A DNA stretch of 64,000 nucleotides from a virus (Duplodnaviria > Caudoviricetes): the IMG/VR virus record IMGVR_UViG_3300025597_000005; one strand, given 5' to 3'. Below the pieces are notes generated by a model. The model worked only from the letters and a program-made list of their open reading frames with translations, was not told the DNA's origin and made no database searches. Positions 56,934 through 64,000 of the stretch are shown in pieces. The number at the start of each line of letters is the position of its first letter. Positions within the stretch are counted from its first letter, which is position 1. Made by a program: the position numbers and the translations under genes.

Positions 56934-59620
56934 GAAGATGTCCTTGACTTAGTAAACTCGGCTTTTCTCCTGAGAATAATTTCGTCTGGTGATAAACTTG
57001 AAGGCGCGGGAATATTCGATAATGCCCTATCAGCACTACCTATTGCTGCCTTACCTAGTTCGACTGCTTTTCCTGCCTGGTCTCTGATTGTATTTACGAT
57101 GCCCGGAGGACTTGGTAATTTTACTGATAATCTATCAGTTTTCTCTGAGGTAATAGGCACTAGCCCTGTGCTATTCTTTTCAATTGTAATAATTTGTGGA
57201 TTCTTTGCTTCTTCCTCAATATACCTCGATATATCGGAAATATTAATAACAGGGTCAAGAATACATTCAAGTTCCTGAACAAATTTGCCCATTTCAAATC
57301 TGCTGTTTACCATTACAACCTTGTAGACACCACTAAATGTTTCTACCTGTGTATAGGGATCAAGATTTCCGTCATTTGTTTCAAGATTATAGATTCTCGG
57401 TGTCCTAAATCTTAATACCATGAAATTGTCTGTGCCATAATAATTAGCACTGTCTGGTACTAAATTATGATAGTTCTTTAGATAATCTAACGCCTCGCTG
57501 TCAGACAACGAAGAGGAAATATAGATAGAATTTTTTGTATTATCAACAAGGCCCGGGAAAATCCAAAAAGGATCACCCTTAATCTGCATCTTAATGGATT
57601 GCAGGTTAGCATCAAGCGACGAGTGCAGGGCGACTGAGAACATGGTAGCAAGTTTTGAAATTCCAGAATTACTATTTGCCTCAATGCCTTGACCTACCGA
57701 CTTTTCATGAACTTGTTCAAGGTGTGCGATGGGTCTGATTTTTGTTTTTGTATTTTCTAAGAATTCATTATATGCATCGGCGGTTGCAGCCGATGTTAGA
57801 TTTACATCTGATACAAATGCCGGGATATTGTCGCCTAGGGGTTGGGCCAAGGAATTAGCAAGCTTTGAATATCCCGATAGGGTCCCGTCATTGCTCTGCT
57901 TATTTGCCTGAACTGTTGCATTAACTAATTTGTCCGGCGCCTTTGCATGAGTTAAAATTTGAGTATATCTATTTTTCAATTCAGGTGACAGATCTGAATT
58001 ATTAATTGCCTCTTGTGCATCAGCAATTGCTTTTTCACCAGTCCTGAAAGATGTTGACTGTGGATCAAAAATAAACGATAGGGCTTTTCTTAGCTTTTCA
58101 GTAATTTGTCTTTCTGTTTCAGAGTTATCTTGAGTAACGACACCTTTGTCAGCTGTTGCCGAGTTTAAGTAAATACCACCGTATCTCGATACTGCTGATG
58201 CAAATGCGAAATTCAAATTTAGATCAAAGGAAATAATCTGATCATTTAGGCCAGTAAAGATATAATTATATTTCTTCTTTAGAATGTTATTTTTAACATA
58301 TGTCTTGAAACGCCTAAGGCTTGCAACGTCAGTAAACGGTGGCTGGGCATTTTGAAATGTATTAGAATCAAGAATTCCAATGTTATACGGAATAACATAG
58401 ATAATAATTTCAATAGCATTATCTTCGCGTCTTTTATCGTACCCAATAGGTCGAGTTTCAGTAACAATTCTCCAAAACTTTTTCATCTGACTAGTTTCGG
58501 CATTCAATGGCAATCCTTCCGCACCGGGTGTGCTTGCGCCAAGGAGTTCTTCTTGATACTTTTTTGTTGTCGCAAGAAGGGTATCGATAATTTTATCTAT
58601 ACCTGTACTACTATTAAATGTAGCCGACTTTTCACTAAAGGTGCTAAATGAATTACTACGAATAGAGTTTTGTTTGTTATTGACAGGGGTGATGGGTTCG
58701 TTCTGTAGGCTAGGGTCAACAACAATTCGATATTGGTTAGGAATACTGTAGTTATCGATGAGCTTTAGGTATTGATCTTGGTTAAGCTTTTTCTGTAGCT
58801 CCTCCATGGCATTACCAAAGGTGTCAATTCTTGTTAAAGTAACGTTATGTTGAATTGAGAAGTTAGTATTACTCTGGCCGTATTCGTTGTAGGATACTGC
58901 TTCGAATTCATATCGTGTACCGACTGTTGTAACGTTGGCCTTTGTGCCAGTCATCTTTATTGGCCAAAGCCATCTTTTTCCACTTATGGCACTAGGTGCG
59001 CCATCTGTTACAGCATTCGATGTGTCCGGAGTTCTTGCCCTAAATTCTAATTGTAAATACAAAGGCATTACGAGCCAGTTTCCAATTCCTAATGAGACTG
59101 ACTCATAGAAAATTTTATCCATAAGGCCTGCGCCGGATGGTTCAACAATTTCAAACTTGAATGTTGTCTGGGTTCCAGTGCCAGCTTCAAGCGATGGTAC
59201 TGCCACACCCCTCATCTCTACTTTATCGATGGTCAGGTCCGATACACCGCTTTCAGCAATTACAATTTGATTAGTATTGGTAAAAATAGCACCTGTTGAT
59301 GCTGCTGCGGGCGAAACAATAAAAAGTTTCCAATGATATGTTACAGCATCAAAGTGATCAAGAATATTAGGCTGGAAATCAATAATGATTTTTTCTGTAT
59401 CTTCTACTGGATTGTCTTTGTAATTTTTACCCTCGTGTGAGTAAACGTTAGTTTCGTTGCTATCCTGCGGCGGCTTATATCCGACATAGGATCCTCTGCC
59501 GTATCCTGCCGCATTGGGTGCGCCATCGCTTGTGGCCACTCTTGCACTGAGGCGTTGCTCAGTAGCACTTCCGCCCCTTCTTGCTCCGCCGGGCTTCATA
59601 AATGATTTATCGTTAGCCAT
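56930..59620 (-). CDS. baseplate hub/tail protein
   Basis: IKGDPFWI...FSGVYKVVMVNSRFEMGKFVQEL; lies between gp53 and gp5. Confidence 0.7.
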   Translation of the reverse strand: MANDKSFMKPGGARRGGSATEQRLSARVATSDGAPNAAGYGRGSYVGYKPPQDSNETNVYSHEGKNYKDNPVEDTEKIIIDFQPNILDHFDAVTYHWKLFIVSPAAASTGAIFTNTNQIVIAESGVSDLTIDKVEMRGVAVPSLEAGTGTQTTFKFEIVEPSGAGLMDKIFYESVSLGIGNWLVMPLYLQLEFRARTPDTSNAVTDGAPSAISGKRWLWPIKMTGTKANVTTVGTRYEFEAVSYNEYGQSNTNFSIQHNVTLTRIDTFGNAMEELQKKLNQDQYLKLIDNYSIPNQYRIVVDPSLQNEPITPVNNKQNSIRSNSFSTFSEKSATFNSSTGIDKIIDTLLATTKKYQEELLGASTPGAEGLPLNAETSQMKKFWRIVTETRPIGYDKRREDNAIEIIIYVIPYNIGILDSNTFQNAQPPFTDVASLRRFKTYVKNNILKKKYNYIFTGLNDQIISFDLNLNFAFASAVSRYGGIYLNSATADKGVVTQDNSETERQITEKLRKALSFIFDPQSTSFRTGEKAIADAQEAINNSDLSPELKNRYTQILTHAKAPDKLVNATVQANKQSNDGTLSGYSKLANSLAQPLGDNIPAFVSDVNLTSAATADAYNEFLENTKTKIRPIAHLEQVHEKSVGQGIEANSNSGISKLATMFSVALHSSLDANLQSIKMQIKGDPFWIFPGLVDNTKNSIYISSSLSDSEALDYLKNYHNLVPDSANYYGTDNFMVLRFRTPRIYNLETNDGNLDPYTQVETFSGVYKVVMVNSRFEMGKFVQELECILDPVINISDISRYIEEEAKNPQIITIEKNSTGLVPITSEKTDRLSVKLPSPPGIVNTIRDQAGKAVELGKAAIGSADRALSNIPAPSSLSPDEIILRRKAEFTKSRTSS

Positions 59621-59621
59621 G

Positions 59622-59909
59622 TTATTGCTTTAGAATATTTGTAGGAATATAAATTTCAAGACCGGCTAGAAAATCTTCAATTGGGTCGTTCATCAGATCC
59701 GGATTTCTCATGCAAAATACCCACCACAACCTCGGTGTTCCGTATTCTTGTTGACTTAAAAGATCTGGGCGTTGATTGAATTCCGGTGGAATTCTAATTA
59801 TCTTATCAAAGTCACTTTTAGGCACATTTCGCGGAACCCAAACATCAAGATACCAGTCGCGAATTGGCGTCAAGAGATATTGACTTGTATCTTTTGAATT
59901 TTGTGCCAT
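59622..59909 (-). CDS. gp53: baseplate wedge gp53-like (LysM-like)
   Basis: RPDLLSQQEYGTPRLWWVFCMRN. Confidence 0.8.
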   Translation of the reverse strand: MAQNSKDTSQYLLTPIRDWYLDVWVPRNVPKSDFDKIIRIPPEFNQRPDLLSQQEYGTPRLWWVFCMRNPDLMNDPIEDFLAGLEIYIPTNILKQ

Positions 59910-60592
59910 TAAATATATCCTTTGTTTATAAGTTTGCCTGTCCTAAATTCATCTAGATTAAATTCATTTCGTAACTGAATAGGAATATATTGAGTATCTA
60001 ATTCTAATGAAACTGTAATATGTGTCGGCACATAAGTCCATCCGGACGACGAACCTGGTGGAAGACTTACACGGCGATTTTCGACAATAGTCGTTGCACC
60101 TGTCGTAGATGTGTTCACAGCAACATAGTCGATATTAGCTTCATAGGTATAATCAAAATATTTTACAAGTACCGGCACATTATTAAATTGATAATCACCG
60201 AGGTAGTTGAATATTAAAACAGGGGGAGGTGTTCCTGCCTTATTATATGGATTAATACCAAAATAAGATTTCGTAACGGATCGGAAGAAATGCAAGACCG
60301 CCAATAAATAAAGGGCCTCTTCATTTGTCTGCGCTGTAAATTCGGCGGTTATACTGATTGGCTTAGGATATGATCTCACATATGCATTGTATCCGTAGTT
60401 CGAATGAATGAAGCTTGACGGATCGTATTCGGCGACGTTACCAGTTGTCACTGATGGTGTATAAGGAAATAGGACACCATTTGTTTGATACAAAGGAAAC
60501 AGGAGGTTAGAAGGATCCCTTGGTCCAAGAATGTCTTGTGCAGAATTTATATCTTTTGGCTGTAAGCGGGCACGGAAGTCTTGTTGTGGCAT
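59909..60592 (-). CDS. baseplate/tail tube initiator (gp48/gp54-like)
   Basis: GVLFPYTPSV...HFFRSVTK...GTPPPVLIFNYLG. Confidence 0.7.
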   Translation of the reverse strand: MPQQDFRARLQPKDINSAQDILGPRDPSNLLFPLYQTNGVLFPYTPSVTTGNVAEYDPSSFIHSNYGYNAYVRSYPKPISITAEFTAQTNEEALYLLAVLHFFRSVTKSYFGINPYNKAGTPPPVLIFNYLGDYQFNNVPVLVKYFDYTYEANIDYVAVNTSTTGATTIVENRRVSLPPGSSSGWTYVPTHITVSLELDTQYIPIQLRNEFNLDEFRTGKLINKGYI

Positions 60593-60651
60593 GCTTGTCT
60601 CCTTTTGCTTATTTATCTTGGTTTATAAAACAGGGTTTTATCCTGAAACCC

Positions 60652-60680
60652 TTGACGAATTGTTACAGACCGTCTATACT
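60652..60680 (+). promoter_or_regulatory. sigma70-type promoter of the gp55 operon
   Basis: TTGACG-17-TATACT; spacer contains TGTTACA. Confidence 0.7.
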
Positions 60681-60709
60681 AACGAAAACTATTTCTGGAG
60701 AATTTCTAA

Positions 60710-61663
60710 ATGATTGACAATGAGAACGATGAAGATATCCTTGATATTATTGAGGATATTGAAGAAGACAAAGATATTGAGCCTGAAATTGAACCAGAGG
60801 TTGTCATAGCTGCTCCTGTAAAGAAGATCAATTATCTTAATAACAAGGACATGCTCCGCGAAATTCATAAAAGTAAAAATTCTTTTAGTGAATATATTGA
60901 TCCGAAGTACGGCGACTATGACTTGATTGTAGAGAAGCTTGAGGATATTTTTGTCCCCGAGAAGCAAGAAGAAGCAAAAGCATCAAGGGCATCGCGTCTG
61001 GCAGTTTTGGCTTTCGAGGCAGCCTTGGCCAATACTGTTATCACAACAAAGGCCGATAAGCCGCGCTTGGCTGAATTTAAAATTAAACCCGAGACTATCT
61101 CAGTTGATGATTTAGTTTTCAGAGTCTTAACATTTGAGCACATTCCTTTGGCGCCTGGAAGAAAAAAGAATCCAAAGAGTGAAGCAGATAATTACATGAA
61201 GCTAAATTTTGCACCATTCAAGCACTATATCATTGAGAATGGAGTAGCTAAGGAAGTTGGTAGATCGCATTCTAAGAATGGCAAATTCAATCTCGAACGC
61301 GGATCTATTACTAACAAGCTTGCAAAAATGTTCATACTTATGGTCAATAAGTATGCTCAAAGAAGTAACTGGCGTGGCTATACATATCTTGAAGAAATGA
61401 AGGGTCAGGCATTGCTACAACTTGCACAGATGGGTCTACAGTTTGATGAATATAAATCAGATAATCCATTCTCGTACTATACAGCAAGTGTTTCTAACAG
61501 TTTTACCAGAGTTCTTAACCTTGAAAAAAGGAATCAAGATCTACGCGATGATCTATTAATCGACAGTGGCGCAAGCCCGAGCTTCTCGCGTCAACTTGCA
61601 ATTGAAGAAGAAATTAGAAGACTTCGTGAAGATGCACAGGATTCCGTAAGAGATGACAACTAA
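60710..61663 (+). CDS. gp55: T4-like late-transcription sigma factor
   Basis: NYLNNKDML...RSNWRGYTYLEEM...FDEYKSDNPFSYYT...LNLEKR; synteny with gp47/gp46. Confidence 0.9.
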   Translation: MIDNENDEDILDIIEDIEEDKDIEPEIEPEVVIAAPVKKINYLNNKDMLREIHKSKNSFSEYIDPKYGDYDLIVEKLEDIFVPEKQEEAKASRASRLAVLAFEAALANTVITTKADKPRLAEFKIKPETISVDDLVFRVLTFEHIPLAPGRKKNPKSEADNYMKLNFAPFKHYIIENGVAKEVGRSHSKNGKFNLERGSITNKLAKMFILMVNKYAQRSNWRGYTYLEEMKGQALLQLAQMGLQFDEYKSDNPFSYYTASVSNSFTRVLNLEKRNQDLRDDLLIDSGASPSFSRQLAIEEEIRRLREDAQDSVRDDN

Positions 61664-62669
61664 TCTATTTCAGAAGGTAGCATGCTTCAGCGATATACAC
61701 TTTGGATTGAGACACAATTCGAAGCAGCATAATCAAGATTGCCTTGATTTTATTGACTGGCTGATTGCAGAAGCAAAAGCAAGGGGTGCGGAAACGTGCC
61801 TCTTTTTAGGTGACTGGCACCATCACCGATCAAACATCAATATTCTTACACTCGACTATACGATGCAGGCACTGCGAAAGCTTAATGCCGGCTTTAAGAA
61901 AACATACGTCATGGTGGGGAACCATGATCTTTTCTATAGAGAAAAGCGTGACATTCACTCTATGGTTGTGGGTAGCGAATTCCCAAACATTGTTCTTGTT
62001 GATAAGCCATTCATTGAGGGTGATGTAGCACTTATCCCTTGGCTCGTAGATGAAGAATGGAAGGAAGTGGCTGAGATTAAGACCAAATATCTATTTGGAC
62101 ACCTTGAATTACCCGGCTTCAAAATGAATGCTATGGTAGAAATGCCTGACCATGGTGCATTAAATACATCTCACTTTAAGCATCAGGACTATGTCTTTTC
62201 TGGACACTTTCATAAGAGACAAAATAAATCAAATATCGAATATATCGGTAATCCCTTTGGTCATAACTTTTCTGACGTCTGGGACTTTGATAGAGGTGCA
62301 ATGTTCCTTGAATGGGATAAAGAACCAGAATACGTGAACTATGAAAATGGTCCGCGATTCATCAACATAAATCTATCAGCTCTTCTCGAAAATCCAGAGA
62401 TATATCTAAAGCCCAAAACATACCTTCAGGTAATGCTTGATTTAGATATTACCTACGAAGAGGCCACATTTCTTAGAGAGACATTTGTTGAGCAATATGA
62501 TGTTCGTGAATTTAAGTTAATTCGCAATCAAGAAGACGAACTCGAGAAAGATTATTCCGGAGATATTACTTTTCAAACCGTTGATCAAATTGTTATTGAA
62601 CAGTTAACAAACATTGATAGTGATTCTTTTGATACAAATAAACTGATAGAAATTTACGACAGGCTATAA
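61653..62669 (+). CDS. gp47: recombination endonuclease subunit (Mre11/SbcD-like)
   Basis: SDIHFG, LGDWHH, GNHD, GHLE, SGHFH metallophosphoesterase motifs. Confidence 0.95.
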   Translation: MTTNLFQKVACFSDIHFGLRHNSKQHNQDCLDFIDWLIAEAKARGAETCLFLGDWHHHRSNINILTLDYTMQALRKLNAGFKKTYVMVGNHDLFYREKRDIHSMVVGSEFPNIVLVDKPFIEGDVALIPWLVDEEWKEVAEIKTKYLFGHLELPGFKMNAMVEMPDHGALNTSHFKHQDYVFSGHFHKRQNKSNIEYIGNPFGHNFSDVWDFDRGAMFLEWDKEPEYVNYENGPRFININLSALLENPEIYLKPKTYLQVMLDLDITYEEATFLRETFVEQYDVREFKLIRNQEDELEKDYSGDITFQTVDQIVIEQLTNIDSDSFDTNKLIEIYDRL

Positions 62670-62672
62670 TGC

Positions 62673-64000
62673 ATGATTAAACTGAATGGGTTAACAATAA
62701 AAAACTTCATGAGTATCGGTAACGTTACTCAGTCTATAAATTTCAGTAAAGATGATCTTGTTCTTGTACTTGGTGAAAATCTTGACCTTGGTGGCAATGA
62801 TAACAGAAACGGCGTAGGTAAATCCACAATTGTAAATGCATTAAGTTATGCATTGTTTGGATCTGCGCTCACCAACATCAAGAAAGATAACCTAATCAAT
62901 AAGTCCAACATGAAGCACATGTTGGTCACCCTTACGTTTGAAATTAATGGTCAATCTTACAAAATTGAGCGCGGACGCAAACCCGGTATCTTTAGGTTCA
63001 TTGTCGGCGAAGAAAAAGAAGACGACACTACCGGCGAAACTGACGATGCACAGGGCGAAAATCGTCATACCCAAGAAGAAATTGAGAGAACTATCGGTAT
63101 TTCGCATGACATGTTCAAACACATTCTTGCATTGAATACCTATGTTGAGCCATTTCTTGCATTAAAGACAAATGATCAGCGTGTGATTATTGAGCAACTA
63201 CTCGGTATTACGAAACTCTCTGAGAAAGCTGAAAAGCTAAAGGATGAAGCAAAGATTACACGAGACGAGATTAAAGAGGAAGAGTTTAGAATTTCTGCAG
63301 CCACTGAGGCAAATAAGCGAATCGAGGCAAATATTCAAAGCCTGGTTACAAAGTCATCGGCGTGGGATAGGTCCAAGGAACAGAAAATCAATAAACTCCG
63401 GGCGTCTATTACAGAGTTACTCTCGTTAGACATTGATGTTGAAATTCAATCTCACAAGTCTAAGAAAGACATTGAGGACTTAACATCAGAATATCGCTCG
63501 CTGGCAAAAGAACTTGCCGCACTCGAAAAAGATGTCGAAAGTTCAACCAAAAATAATGCAAAGATTGCAAGGTTGCTCACATCCTCTGTTCAAAAAATCT
63601 GTCCTACATGTAGTCAAGAAATGGATAAGGATACTCATAAGGCAGTTCATGACGAGTATCTAAAGCAACAAGAAGAGGAAGCAAGAAAGCTTGCTGAAAA
63701 AATTGCAAAGAGGGATGAAGTAAAGACATTAGTGGAGTCTGTAAAATCAATGATTCCTACAATGCCGGACACTTTCTATGAAACTCTCGATGAGGCATAC
63801 AATCATAAGAGTACGCTCAGCACCCTGGGCAATAGCCTTGAACAGGAATTATCTACACTAAATCCATTTGTAGATCAAATTGAATCCTTACAGAAAAACG
63901 GTCTACAAGAAATTGATTTTACAAAGCTTAATGAATTGGTAAAACTTAGGGATCATCAAGAATTCCTATTGAAGTTACTAACCAACAAAGATAGCTTTAT
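62673..64000 (+). CDS. gp46: recombination ATPase subunit (Rad50/SbcC-like), runs off window
   Basis: MIKLNGLTIKNFMSIGN...GENLD...NGVGKSTI (Walker A), coiled coil, CPTC zinc hook near 63600. Confidence 0.95.
   Translation, partial: MIKLNGLTIKNFMSIGNVTQSINFSKDDLVLVLGENLDLGGNDNRNGVGKSTIVNALSYALFGSALTNIKKDNLINKSNMKHMLVTLTFEINGQSYKIERGRKPGIFRFIVGEEKEDDTTGETDDAQGENRHTQEEIERTIGISHDMFKHILALNTYVEPFLALKTNDQRVIIEQLLGITKLSEKAEKLKDEAKITRDEIKEEEFRISAATEANKRIEANIQSLVTKSSAWDRSKEQKINKLRASITELLSLDIDVEIQSHKSKKDIEDLTSEYRSLAKELAALEKDVESSTKNNAKIARLLTSSVQKICPTCSQEMDKDTHKAVHDEYLKQQEEEARKLAEKIAKRDEVKTLVESVKSMIPTMPDTFYETLDEAYNHKSTLSTLGNSLEQELSTLNPFVDQIESLQKNGLQEIDFTKLNELVKLRDHQEFLLKLLTNKDSF

Noticed and set aside
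35530-60717. Short opposite-strand or nested ORFs within the structural genes
   Set aside because: They overlap well-supported long CDSs and lack start signals.
1-64000. Genome-wide stop-codon reassignment
   Set aside because: Long structural genes are intact in the standard code, and TAG and TGA end genes at sensible places.
1-64000. tRNA/rRNA genes
   Set aside because: No convincing cloverleaf with a TTC-loop and acceptor stem was seen by eye; a tRNAscan run would be needed to exclude them.

Overview
This is a segment of a large T4-superfamily (jumbo-type) myovirus genome, in four parts. (1) 1-3.9 kb: an AT-rich tandem array of about 15 small paralogous ORFs. (2) About 4.4-25.2 kb: a visibly GC-rich island of about 60 tiny ORFs. 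Most are preceded by a copy of one conserved intergenic element: GATGTAACAGTGG - T[T/A/C]GAC(A) - 17 nt, often a hairpin - TATAGT/CATAAT/TATTAT - 4 nt - ACACTGCAACA - AAGGAG - ATG. I counted about 45 copies by eye. The element often supplies the upstream gene's stop codon as well as the downstream gene's promoter and RBS, so the island looks like an array of self-contained expression cassettes. It also holds candidate small RNAs, a DnaA-box pair, a SprT protease and an Rmf-like peptide. (3) 25.3-35 kb: AT-rich, with a second array of about 16 paralogs (C-terminal F..EEDA..F.L.F motif), a DEDD exonuclease and an HNH endonuclease. (4) 35-64 kb: a minus-strand tail-fibre/baseplate module (gp38-like adhesin, S74-chaperone fibre, giant wedge protein, gp6, GIY-YIG, gp25, gp5-lysozyme, hub, gp53) with GATAAATA late promoters, then gp55 late sigma, gp47 and gp46 on the plus strand. 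All calls come from reading motifs by eye; no searches were run.
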